Assembly: GCA_003228175.2 (NCBI GenBank)
Contig: QGNQ01000008.1
Coordinates: 1,354 to 65,353, forward strand
DNA from: Chloroflexota bacterium
GTDB taxonomy: Bacteria; Chloroflexota; Dehalococcoidia; Bin125
Direction of reading: 5' to 3'
Length of the DNA stretch: 64,000 nucleotides
The notes beneath the pieces were generated by a model that had not been told where the DNA came from, ran no database searches, and saw only the letters and a program-made list of their open reading frames with translations. Shown here one piece after another: positions 54,153 to 64,000 of the stretch; position 1 is the stretch's first letter, and the number at the start of each line of letters is the position of its first letter. The position numbers were made by a program, and so were the translations under genes.

Positions 54153-54300
54153 CGTATTCCGTCTGCCGCCCGAGCCAGATCCGTGCGTCGACCCCCAGCG
54201 CCTGCGCAAGCTGGAGCGCCGTCTCCGCGGTGATCCGCTTCTTCCCGCGGAACAGCCGCCGAGAGGATCGTTGCCGCGATCGAAAAGGAACCCGTCCTAG
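54112..54300 (-). pseudogene. Remnant of a HigA/VapI-type (XRE HTH) antitoxin gene, C-terminal half only
   Basis: Own translation: ..SRRLFRGKKRITAETALQLAQALGVDARIWLGRQTEYDLHLARRLRARSA*. It resembles E. coli HigA ..[38 protein letters not shown]. No in-frame start; the upstream frame is broken. Confidence 0.45.
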
Positions 54301-54336
54301 TCTGATCGAGCCAATCCCGCCACCGTCACGAGATCG

Positions 54337-54368
54337 GAGAAGCCCGCCCGGTTCGGGGCGGGCTTCTC
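54337..54368. terminator. 13-bp perfect GC-rich hairpin, likely terminator of the metzincin gene
   Basis: GAGAAGCCCGCCC-ggttcg-GGGCGGGCTTCTC, 50 nt downstream of the stop at 54418; weak U tract. Confidence 0.55.
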
Positions 54369-54417
54369 TTGTACCCGGTCGGTCTCAAGTCCGGCGACGC
54401 GGGAGCGCCGCCCAGCC

Positions 54418-55764
54418 TCAGTTCGCGGCCGCCGGCTGGAACAGAATGTGACCGGCCAGGAAGTTGCCCTGGTCCTCGGACATGCCCGTGTTGTCGGTGT
54501 CGTGGAACATGAAGTTCCCACCGTCCGTGCACTCCGTCTGGTCCACCGTCCCGTCGGCGTCCGCGTCGTTGCTGAGGTCGCACTGGAACGTGTCGGGCAC
54601 CCAGTCGAAGAAGTCACCGCTGGACTCCGTCGTGTGGTTCAGCCCCAACAGGTGTCCGGCCTCGTGCCAGACCGTCGTCGCGTTGCCGGCCAGCGTCACG
54701 CCGCCGGCGTTCGCCGTCACCACCACGCAGGACGTGCGCGAGTTGGCGATCAACGTCGCGCCCGGAATCCCAGCCGCGTTGCCAAGCGTCACGCCTTCGC
54801 TTTCAGGATCGTTGACGCTGTCGACCAGCACGAAGTTCAACGTGTGGTCCTGACCGAACTGCTGCGACATCGCGTCACACAGCGCGCGCTGCGTCGTGTC
54901 GTTGCCGGTGCTCGGCAGCGGCAGGTCCGCGAACTGGTCGATGATGTTCTGCGGCGCATCGACGAACTCGATCGTGCCGATCTGCAGGTTGGCGCTACCG
55001 AAGATCGCGTCGCCACGCTCCCGGAAGACTTGCTCAGTGGTCGCCCGGCTGGCGGCGTCTGCCACCTCGTCACTGGATGTCGCCACCCAGAACCTGGCGT
55101 TCAACACCTGCGCGGCGCCGTTCGTGTCCTGCTTGAGGATCACCCCAACCGTCGTCGCCACATCGGAGACCACCGACACCGAGTAGGTGCCCGCCGTCAG
55201 CGGCGTCGCGTCCGTCAGCGGCACCAGAATCGCAGCGTCGCCACTGCCCTGGCGGCCGTCCGGAATCAGATCCGCCGTGATCGACGCGCCATCGGGGCCC
55301 GTCACATCCGTAATCGTGATCAGATCGTCGATACCGGGGCCCTGCGCGTAGAACAGGAACGAGCCTTCGCCCGCCTCGACGTCCACGGTCACCACGCCGC
55401 CGCCGGCCGGCACCGCGCCCAGATCGACGATCCTCAGGTCGTCCAGCGAGTCGACCGGTGTCGGTCCGGGGTCGGGGTCACCACCATCGTCGGGGTCGCC
55501 CCCATCGTCGGGGTCACCACCGCTAGCGTCGGGATCGGAAGTCCAATCGAACGACTCCGTAGCGTTGGTGAACATGCCCGCGCCGGGCGCAAGTTCCACA
55601 CTGTTGCGCAGCGGCGCCGGCAGCAGCTTGGAGTCCGAATCGAAGCTGTTCGACTCCGGATCGAAGGCCCACAACGTCTGGAGCGCCGGGAAGGTCTCGA
55701 AGACGCCATCGGAGTCGGCGCCCTCGGGATCGCACACGGCCAGAATGTTCAGCCCATCGTTCAA
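54418..55764 (-). CDS. Metzincin-type zinc metalloprotease, distal segment (in frame with 55771..56130 across a single TAG)
   Basis: VWHEAGHLLGLNH (HExxHxxGxxH). No signal peptide of its own. Begins with a second copy of the unnamed domain of about 80 aa. The track start is a TTG. Confidence 0.75.
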   Translation of the reverse strand: MNDGLNILAVCDPEGADSDGVFETFPALQTLWAFDPESNSFDSDSKLLPAPLRNSVELAPGAGMFTNATESFDWTSDPDASGGDPDDGGDPDDGGDPDPGPTPVDSLDDLRIVDLGAVPAGGGVVTVDVEAGEGSFLFYAQGPGIDDLITITDVTGPDGASITADLIPDGRQGSGDAAILVPLTDATPLTAGTYSVSVVSDVATTVGVILKQDTNGAAQVLNARFWVATSSDEVADAASRATTEQVFRERGDAIFGSANLQIGTIEFVDAPQNIIDQFADLPLPSTGNDTTQRALCDAMSQQFGQDHTLNFVLVDSVNDPESEGVTLGNAAGIPGATLIANSRTSCVVVTANAGGVTLAGNATTVWHEAGHLLGLNHTTESSGDFFDWVPDTFQCDLSNDADADGTVDQTECTDGGNFMFHDTDNTGMSEDQGNFLAGHILFQPAAAN

Positions 55765-55770
55765 GCTGAG

Positions 55771-56130
55771 CTAGAACTCGACCAGATCAAACTCCAGATC
55801 GAACGCCTCCGTCGAGCGGACGAAGAAGCCCAATCCTGTAGGAATATCGAGATCGTTGCGCAACGGGGTGGGCAGCGCCTCGGCGTCCGAGTCGTAGCCA
55901 TTCGTCTCGTTGTTGAACAGCCAGATCGTGTCGATCGGCGACTCGTCAATCAAGAGGCCGGTCGACGACTCCTCGCCGCACCAACCCAGCAGGCTGATGC
56001 CCTCCGGGACCTCCACCAACGACGTCTGCGCCTGCACCGGGTTCACCGCCCCGGACGCCAGTCCAAAGCCGATCACCGCCGCCAGCCGGTACGGCCGCCA
56101 GCCGGTACGGCCGCCAGCCGGTACGGCCAA
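55771..56130 (-). CDS. Signal peptide plus first domain copy of the metzincin gene, proximal segment ending at an in-frame TAG
   Basis: ..YRLAAVIGFGLASGAVNPVQAQ (signal peptide), then LVEVPEGISLLGWCGEE..IWLFNNETNGYDSD..PTPLRND.. Confidence 0.6.
   Translation of the reverse strand: MAVPAGGRTGWRPYRLAAVIGFGLASGAVNPVQAQTSLVEVPEGISLLGWCGEESSTGLLIDESPIDTIWLFNNETNGYDSDAEALPTPLRNDLDIPTGLGFFVRSTEAFDLEFDLVEF
56081..56128. repeat. Perfect 16-bp tandem repeat GCCAGCCGGTACGGCC x3 at the 5' end of the metzincin gene
   Basis: Units at 56081, 56097 and 56113 are identical. The unit length is not a multiple of 3. Confidence 0.9.
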
Positions 56131-56216
56131 CGCATGGATTCACGAATCATCATCAATCCCCATTCCCTTTCCTGTCTGAACCACTTTCGAATTCCACCCA
56201 GCACGCGAACCACCCG

Positions 56217-56240
56217 CCGGCTTCGTATGTGTGAAGCCGG
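56217..56240 (-). terminator. Candidate hairpin downstream of ispG
   Basis: CCGGCTTC-8 nt-GAAGCCGG about 40 nt after the ispG stop; no clear U tract. Confidence 0.3.
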
Positions 56241-56280
56241 GATGTGAAAGCGCCTGTCAATCACAACCGCAATGAACCCC

Positions 56281-57444
56281 TCAATGGACCCCCGTCGCGT
56301 GAGGCGCTCGCCCCGCGATCAGCGCGTCCACCTCAACCTTCAGCCGGCCCAGGATCTCGTCGTAGCTGTACTGCCCCAGGGGCTCCGGCCCCTTCTTGAG
56401 ATTGACGGCCGTAGGCCCGCACCACAGGCCCAGATCGGCGTCGTCCGTCTCGCCGGGGCCGTTCACCCGGCAGCCCATCACCGCGATCGTGATGTCGTGC
56501 TCCTTGGCGTAGGCCGTCATCGTCTTCACATCCTGCGCCAGCTCAATGAAGCGCTCGTTCTCCACCCGCGAGCACGACGGGCAACTGATGATGTTCAGGC
56601 CCTCGTCCATCCCCGGCGGCACCGATCGAAAACGACCCACGGCGATGTCGCGCAGAATCTCCCGCGCCACGGTCACCTCCTGGCCCTTGTCGTCGAAGGG
56701 CACCGTCAGCGAGACCCGCACCGTGTCGCCAATCCCCTCCGCGATCAATTGCTCAAACGCGACCCGCGTCTTGATGATCCCGTCCGGCGGCATCCCCGCC
56801 TCGGTCACACCCAAGTGCAGCGGCACATCGGGCCGCTCCTGGGCGAAGGCCCGGTTCACCGCCACTACCTTCTTCCAGTCCGAGTCCTTCAACGAGACCA
56901 CATAGCGACTGAAGCCCATCGCATCCAGCAGCGCGCAGTGCTCCAGCGCGCTGGCCACAATCGCCGTGGCGTGGTCCCCGTCGTATCGCTCCATCATGCG
57001 CGGGTCCACGGAGCCGCAATTCACCCCGATCCGTAGCGCGCAATCGTGCCGCTCCGCCGTCTCCGCGATAAACGCCACCTTCTGCGCGATCGTTTTCTCT
57101 TTCTCATGGTGATGCAGATGGCCGGGGTTGTAGCGCATCTTGTCGACATGCGGCGCAACCTCGCTGGCCAGCCGGTAGTTCTCCTGCAGATCGACGGACA
57201 GAGTCGCGCCGGTCCGCTCGCGCACCGTCGCCAGCGCCTCAACATCCTTCGACGAGTCCACCGCGATCCGCACCAGATCGGCCCCGGCGGCCATAATCAG
57301 CTCCACCTGGCGAACCGTCGCCTCGATGTCCTGCGTGCGCGTGGCCGCCATCGACTGCACCGCGATCGGTGCGCCCGCGCCCATCTGGATCCCGCCCACG
57401 CGCACGGCCCGGGTCGGATTACGTTGCGACGCAGTCTGAGACAT
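56281..57444 (-). CDS. ispG: 4-hydroxy-3-methylbut-2-en-1-yl diphosphate synthase
   Basis: ..[58 protein letters not shown]. Confidence 0.93.
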   Translation of the reverse strand: MSQTASQRNPTRAVRVGGIQMGAGAPIAVQSMAATRTQDIEATVRQVELIMAAGADLVRIAVDSSKDVEALATVRERTGATLSVDLQENYRLASEVAPHVDKMRYNPGHLHHHEKEKTIAQKVAFIAETAERHDCALRIGVNCGSVDPRMMERYDGDHATAIVASALEHCALLDAMGFSRYVVSLKDSDWKKVVAVNRAFAQERPDVPLHLGVTEAGMPPDGIIKTRVAFEQLIAEGIGDTVRVSLTVPFDDKGQEVTVAREILRDIAVGRFRSVPPGMDEGLNIISCPSCSRVENERFIELAQDVKTMTAYAKEHDITIAVMGCRVNGPGETDDADLGLWCGPTAVNLKKGPEPLGQYSYDEILGRLKVEVDALIAGRAPHATGVH

Positions 57445-57549
57445 CGAAACTCCTCGTCGGGCGCCGCGCTTGGGCGGGCCCAGGCGGGTGCATCGCTGGT
57501 CGGAGAATCATCGCAGACCAGCGCGGCAACCGCCACGTACCCTGGCCCC

Positions 57550-57972
57550 GTGCTCTTCGACGCCATCTTCCTCACGCTCTTCTTCCTCACCTGGCTGCTG
57601 CTCGGCGCGACCGCCTGGATCGCGCTCAGCATCCGCCGCCAAGCCCACGGCGCCCTCTGGGCCCTGCCCTTCGCCCTGCTGGGCGGCGCCGGCGGTGGCG
57701 TCTTCGTCCCCCTCCTCGGCCTCGACGACGGCTGGGGACTGGCCATCAGCATGCCCGCCGCCGGCCTCGGCGGCGGCCTGCTCGCCTGGGCCGCCTTTCG
57801 CGTCTGGGACGACCGCGACCTGGGCGCCCGCTTCGCCCGCTGGGCCACCCCCGGCACAGCCCCCCTCCCCAAGTCCAGCAAGGCGTCGCCCCTTGATAGC
57901 GAGCAGCCGGGCGCGACGCTAGATTCGGATCAGCGCACCCCGGCCGACCAGCCCCACCCCGAAAGCGACTAG
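57550..57972 (+). CDS. Small membrane protein, possibly GlsB/YeaQ/YmgE-like
   Basis: GTG 57550; three Gly-rich TM segments (LLGGAGGGVFVPLLG, AAGLGGGLLAWAAF) and a polar tail. Confidence 0.45.
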   Translation: MLFDAIFLTLFFLTWLLLGATAWIALSIRRQAHGALWALPFALLGGAGGGVFVPLLGLDDGWGLAISMPAAGLGGGLLAWAAFRVWDDRDLGARFARWATPGTAPLPKSSKASPLDSEQPGATLDSDQRTPADQPHPESD

Positions 57973-57978
57973 CGTCCC

Positions 57979-59739
57979 ATGGCGACACGGATGAGCGGCC
58001 TCTTTGGCCGCACCCTGCGAGAGGCCCCCGCGGAGGCCGAAACCGCGAACCACCAACTCCTGCTGCGCGCCGGCCTCGTCGTCCAGCTCGCCGCCGGGGT
58101 CTACTCGTACATGCCGCTGGCCTGGCGCTCGCTACGCAAGATCGAAACCATCATCCGCGACGAGATGGACCGCGCCGGCGCCCAGGAACTCCTCATGCCC
58201 GCCATCCAGCCCGTCGAGCTCTGGCAGGAATCCGGCCGCCTGGACGCCTTCGGCGAGACCATGTTCCGCTTCCGCGACCGCCGCGACCGCGAGCAACTGC
58301 TCGCCCCCACCCATGAGGAGGCCGTCACGGACCTCTTCCGCAACACGGTCCAGTCCTATCGCGACCTGCCCCAGCGCGTCTACCAAATTCAGAACAAGTT
58401 CCGCGACGAAGCCCGCCCCCGCGGCGGCCTCATCCGCGTCCGCCAGTTCCTCATGAAAGACGCCTACTCCTTCGACGCCGACGAGCCCGCCTTCCAGGAC
58501 TCCTACGACGCCATGGCCCAGGCCTACGTCAACGTCTTCCAGCGTGCCGGCGTGCCCATCACCCGCGTCCAGGCGGACTCCGGCGCGATCGGCGGAAAAT
58601 CCTCCCACGAGTTCATGTTCCTCACCGCCATCGGCGAGGACACCATCGCCCTCTGCCGAAACTGCGACTACGCGGCCAACCAGGAGCGCGCCGAGTTCGG
58701 ACGCGGCCTCGCGCCGGTCGAGGAACCGGCAGCCCTCGAGCCCGTCGAAACCCCCGGCCTCACCACCATCGACGCCCTCGCCCACTTCCTGGAGATCCCC
58801 GCCTCGCGCACCGCCAAAGCCGGCATGTTCCTGGCCGACGGCCGTCCCGTCTTCGCCGTCATCCGTGGCGACCTGGACTTCAACGAGCTCAAGATCGCCA
58901 ACACCGTCGACGCCCACGAAATCCGCGCCATGACCAACGACGAGATCAGCGCCCAGGGCTGGGTCGCCGGCTACGCCTCACCCATCGGCCTCGACGCAAA
59001 GCTGACCGACGCCACCGTCGTCGCCGACATCTCCATCCCCAACGCCCCCAACCTCGTCGCTGGCGGCAACCGCACCGATCTGCACCTCCGCCACACCAAC
59101 TACGGTCGCGACTGGCAAGCCGCCCACGTCGCCGACATCGGCCTCGCGCGGGACGGCGACCCCTGTCCCACTCAGCCAGACGGAACCCCCTGCCCCGGCG
59201 CCATCGCCCTCGACCGCGGCATTGAGCTGGGCCACATCTTCCGCCTCGGCACCGTCTTCTCCGAGCCCCTCTCCGCCCACTTCACGGACGCCGACGGCGA
59301 ACAGCAGCTACCCATCATGGGCAGCTACGGAATCGGCGTCGAGCGCCTCCTGGCCGCCGTGATCGAGCAGAACCACGACGACCAGGGCATCATATGGCCC
59401 GCCGCCGTCGCGCCCTACGACGTGCACATCGTCGTCATCGGCTTCGACAAGCCGGAGATCGCCGCCGCCGTCGCCCAAACCGAAGCCGCCCTGGAGGCGG
59501 CCGGCCTCAGCGTCCTCACCGACGACCGCGACGAGCGCCCCGGCGTCAAGTTCAACGACGCCGACTTGCTCGGCATGCCCGTGCGGCTCACGCTCAGCCC
59601 GCGCAACCTCAAAGCAGACGTCGTGGAACTCAAGGCCCGCACCGCCGCCGAGGCCGACACCGTCGCCACCGCCGGCCTCCTCGCACGCCTCGCAGACATC
59701 CTCCACACGCCCCAGCCCAGCGATGCGCCCGCCTCATAA
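57979..59739 (+). CDS. proS: Prolyl-tRNA synthetase (bacterial type with editing domain)
   Basis: ..AGVYSYMPLAWR..LLAPTHEE..IQNKFRDEARPRGGLIRVRQFLMKDAYSF..; 586 aa. Confidence 0.93.
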   Translation: MATRMSGLFGRTLREAPAEAETANHQLLLRAGLVVQLAAGVYSYMPLAWRSLRKIETIIRDEMDRAGAQELLMPAIQPVELWQESGRLDAFGETMFRFRDRRDREQLLAPTHEEAVTDLFRNTVQSYRDLPQRVYQIQNKFRDEARPRGGLIRVRQFLMKDAYSFDADEPAFQDSYDAMAQAYVNVFQRAGVPITRVQADSGAIGGKSSHEFMFLTAIGEDTIALCRNCDYAANQERAEFGRGLAPVEEPAALEPVETPGLTTIDALAHFLEIPASRTAKAGMFLADGRPVFAVIRGDLDFNELKIANTVDAHEIRAMTNDEISAQGWVAGYASPIGLDAKLTDATVVADISIPNAPNLVAGGNRTDLHLRHTNYGRDWQAAHVADIGLARDGDPCPTQPDGTPCPGAIALDRGIELGHIFRLGTVFSEPLSAHFTDADGEQQLPIMGSYGIGVERLLAAVIEQNHDDQGIIWPAAVAPYDVHIVVIGFDKPEIAAAVAQTEAALEAAGLSVLTDDRDERPGVKFNDADLLGMPVRLTLSPRNLKADVVELKARTAAEADTVATAGLLARLADILHTPQPSDAPAS

Positions 59740-59813
59740 CACCCGTGGCGCACTCGCCACCCCCGCGATGGCCGCCGCTTGCTATACTCGGGACAACACA
59801 GATGCTGAACGCT

Positions 59814-59837
59814 GAAGGTGGGCTTACGCCCACCTTC
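59814..59837 (+). promoter_or_regulatory. 10-bp perfect hairpin in the nusA leader (possible attenuator)
   Basis: GAAGGTGGGC-ttac-GCCCACCTTC followed by TTT, 17 nt before the nusA ATG; TATACT -10-like hexamer at 59783-59788. Confidence 0.4.
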
Positions 59838-59854
59838 TTTCGTAAACAGGCCAC

Positions 59855-61318
59855 ATGAAGACCGACTTCCTCCTCGCAATTACGCAACTCACGGCTGAAA
59901 AGAATCTCGCTGAAGACGTCGTCTTTGACGCCGTCGAGTCCGCCCTCGCCGCCGCCTACAAGCGGGAGCACGACATCATCGGCCAAGTGCACGTCAAGAT
60001 CAATCGCATCGACGGCGACATGAAGGTCTGGTCCGAGCGCGAGATCGTTGAGGTCGAAGAAGATATCGCCGACGAGGACGAGCAGATCGATCTCGAAGCG
60101 GCGCAGAAGTTCAGCGCGGAGGCTGCGATCGGCAGCACCCTGGTCCTCAACCACGAAGTCACCGAGGCCGCCGGCCGCATCGCCGCCCAGACCGCCAAGC
60201 AGGTCGTCCTGCAACGACTCCGCGAGGCCGAGCGCGAAGCCGTCTTCGACGAGTTCTCCGGCCAAGAGGGCGAAGTCGTCTCCGGCGTCATCCAGCGCGT
60301 CGAGCCCCGCCAGGTCATTCTGGACCTGGGCCGTGCCGAAGCCATCTTGCCCGCCTCTGAGCAGGTCCGCATGGAGCACTACCGCTCCGGCCAGCGCCTG
60401 CGCGTCTACGTGATCGAAGTCATGAAGGCCAACAAAGGCCCCCAGGTCGTCGTCTCACGCACCCACAAAGAACTGGTCCGCCGCCTCTTCGAACTGGAGG
60501 TCCCCGAGATCTTCAAAGGCAGCGTCGAAATCAAAGCCATCGCGCGTGAGCCCGGCCACCGCACCAAGATCGCCGTCCACAGCCGCCAGGAAGGCCTCGA
60601 CCCCGTCGGCGCCTGCGTTGGCATGCGCGGCGTACGCATTCAGAACATCGTCAACGAACTCCAGGGCGAACGCCTCGACGTCATTCAATGGGACGCCGAC
60701 CCGCGCAAATTCGTCGGCAACGCCCTCAGCCCCGCGCAGGTCACCGCCACCCGCATCGACCCGGAGACCAACACCGCGGAAATCGCCGTTCCCGACCAGC
60801 AACTCTCGCTCGCCATCGGCAAAGAGGGCCAGAACGCCCGCCTCGCCGCTCGACTCACCCGCTTCCGCATCGACATCAAAGCCCAGAGCCTGGCCGAGAA
60901 ACTCTTCGAGGACGACGCCACCGGCCCCTACGCCCCGCAACCGGAGCTCGCGCCCATCGCTGAGCCGGAGCCAGTACCCGCGCCCGCAGTCGTCGCCGCC
61001 GCCAAGGCCGCAGCCGAAGATCCCGACGCCGCCGCCGCGGCCCTCCTGGAAACCACCCCGGACGGTCGCAAAACGCGGCCCGACGACGCCCAGCCAGAAA
61101 CCACCGACGAGCCCGAACGCGAGCCCGTCTTCGCTGCCGTCGAAGTCGCCCCAGGACCCGCCGAGCCCGGCAAGATCCGCTTCGCGGAGGAAGTCTTGCG
61201 CCGCAGGCCCGACCAGGACGACAAAGGCCGCGGCAAGAAAAAGCGCCGCCAGCGCTACGTCGAGACCGAAGAAGGCCTTGAGGAAGACCCCTACGCGGAC
61301 TACCAGGACGAGTTCTAG
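59855..61318 (+). CDS. nusA: Transcription termination/antitermination factor NusA with a charged C-terminal extension
   Basis: ..AAQTAKQVVLQRLREAER..GEVVSGVIQRVE (S1)..VSRTH..LFELEVPEI..DPVGACVGMRGVRIQNIVNEL (KH). Confidence 0.93.
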   Translation: MKTDFLLAITQLTAEKNLAEDVVFDAVESALAAAYKREHDIIGQVHVKINRIDGDMKVWSEREIVEVEEDIADEDEQIDLEAAQKFSAEAAIGSTLVLNHEVTEAAGRIAAQTAKQVVLQRLREAEREAVFDEFSGQEGEVVSGVIQRVEPRQVILDLGRAEAILPASEQVRMEHYRSGQRLRVYVIEVMKANKGPQVVVSRTHKELVRRLFELEVPEIFKGSVEIKAIAREPGHRTKIAVHSRQEGLDPVGACVGMRGVRIQNIVNELQGERLDVIQWDADPRKFVGNALSPAQVTATRIDPETNTAEIAVPDQQLSLAIGKEGQNARLAARLTRFRIDIKAQSLAEKLFEDDATGPYAPQPELAPIAEPEPVPAPAVVAAAKAAAEDPDAAAAALLETTPDGRKTRPDDAQPETTDEPEREPVFAAVEVAPGPAEPGKIRFAEEVLRRRPDQDDKGRGKKKRRQRYVETEEGLEEDPYADYQDEF

Positions 61319-61402
61319 CTCCCCGCGATTCGCCACCACGCCGCCGCCCCCCCGGGGACGGTCGCTCTGGGCCGGCGAGCGAGGCGCAGGGAGCGGCAGA
61401 CC

Positions 61403-61717
61403 ATGCCACAGCCACCCCCACACCAGCCTGAGCGCAGCTGTGTTGCCTGCCGCCACAAGCGACCCAAGCGCGACCTTCTGCGCATCGCCCTCGGCACTGA
61501 CGGGCGACTCACCATCGATCTCCGCCGTCGCGCACCGGGCCGGGGCGCATACCTTTGCCCATCGGCCGCCTGCTGGGAACGCGCCGCCGCAGGACAACAA
61601 CTCAGCGCCGCCCTGCGCACGGACCTCAACGACGCCGACCGCAGCCTGCTCCAAGCCGGGCCGCCCCTGCCCGCAACTACACCCACGACATCGGAGGCCG
61701 GCGCCCGCGCGCGCTAA
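61403..61717 (+). CDS. ylxR: YlxR/RnpM (DUF448) family RNA-binding protein
   Basis: ERSCVACRHKRPKRDLLRI.....GRGAYLC; canonical position between nusA and infB. Confidence 0.8.
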   Translation: MPQPPPHQPERSCVACRHKRPKRDLLRIALGTDGRLTIDLRRRAPGRGAYLCPSAACWERAAAGQQLSAALRTDLNDADRSLLQAGPPLPATTPTTSEAGARAR

Positions 61718-61740
61718 CCTATCGCTGGAAAGATGACCCT

Positions 61741-63555
<1,815 letters not shown>

Positions 63556-63634
63556 CCGGCATCGTTGAGGAAGCCCCCCCCACGGTCGCACCTGACCGCA
63601 GGCGTCCCGGGCGAGGCGTAGCGAAGCGAGACCC

Positions 63635-64000
63635 ATGGCCCGACGCCTCGACCGCGTGAACGACCTGATGCGGGAGGTCGTCGCCGAAATCATCGCGCGA
63701 GAACTCAAAGATCCGCGCCTGCAGGCGGACCTGATCTCCGTCACGGAAGTGCATACCTCCGCCGACTTGCAGCACGCGCGAGTCTGGGTCTCCGTCATGG
63801 GCACGGAAGACCAGCGCCTGGCCGTCGTCACCGCGCTCAATCACTCCAGCCGCTTCATCCAGCGACAGCTGCGTCCGCATCTGAACCTCAAATCCATCCC
63901 CCAGCTCCGATTCGAACGCGACGACCGCATCGAGCAAGACCGCCGCATCCTTGACCTGCTCAACCGCATCCGCCGCGACGGCATGCCCGAAATCGCCGAC
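63635..64000 (+). CDS. rbfA: Ribosome-binding factor A, 3' end beyond the window
   Basis: Own translation from ATG 63635: MARRLDRVNDLMREVVAEIIARELKDPRL..ISVTEVHTSADLQHARVWVSV; no stop before 64000. Confidence 0.85.
   Translation, partial: MARRLDRVNDLMREVVAEIIARELKDPRLQADLISVTEVHTSADLQHARVWVSVMGTEDQRLAVVTALNHSSRFIQRQLRPHLNLKSIPQLRFERDDRIEQDRRILDLLNRIRRDGMPEIAD

Noticed and set aside
55771-55773. TAG decoded as pyrrolysine.
   Set aside because: No pyl genes or PYLIS-like context are visible, and the lineage looks like a high-GC aerobe. A nonsense mutation or sequencing error is far more likely.

Overview
High-G+C bacterial chromosomal segment. Hand counts of individual 60-nt lines in core genes give about 70% G+C. 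Coding is dense, and many adjacent genes overlap by 1-4 nt (ATGA/GTGA/TAATG), which I used to choose start codons. Most long ORFs antisense to real genes are GC-driven shadow ORFs.

Core content, in order:
- hemC(partial)-hemA-sirC-like genes plus a coupled HTH regulator (minus strand)
- dcd-ribD-ribE-ribBA-ribH (minus)
- ECF sigma / anti-sigma pair (minus)
- lepB-pyrE
- menF-menD-menH (minus)
- sucC-sucD
- tRNA-Ser(GCU), miaB, and an NrtR-type Nudix regulator
- nadA-nadB-nadC
- dtd
- rpsB-tsf-pyrH-frr-uppS-cdsA-dxr-rseP
- ispG, proS
- nusA-ylxR-infB-rbfA(partial)

Accessory content:
- haloalkane dehalogenase, enoyl-CoA hydratase and P450
- a 7-blade Kelch protein
- three secreted or lipoprotein alpha/beta hydrolases sharing a GASMGG elbow
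- a secreted metzincin

No rRNA, CRISPR array, transposase or integrase was recognised. A Chloroflexota/Thermomicrobia-like origin is a low-confidence guess from gene styles only.

Most interesting observations:
1. A low-GC (about 52-53%) two-gene cassette wedged exactly at the sucD stop. It encodes a TIR-like (DUF1863/ThsB-like) protein plus an unassignable single-TM protein, and is a candidate non-canonical defence pair.
2. A 1.35-kb three-gene cassette bounded by 58-bp imperfect direct repeats. The repeats duplicate the 3' end of a decayed higA-like gene.
3. A 5 x 16-bp phased repeat array abutting two GTGTCA-N3-TGACAC palindromes. The palindromes bracket a TTGACA-N18-GATAAT promoter upstream of nadA and are probable NrtR operators.
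4. A secreted metzincin gene with a frame-setting 16-bp x3 tandem repeat at its 5' end and an in-frame TAG between two domain copies.
5. An unnamed domain of about 80 aa, present in six copies across three secreted proteins.
6. Unusual fusions: RibBA with a (KKPGAA)n N-terminal extension, RibD-GNAT, RseP with LysM inserts, and a Rieske-like protein lacking both Cys ligands.

Three apparent coding lesions (Yip1 frameshift, pyrH without a canonical start, TAG in the protease) could be real decay or assembly errors.
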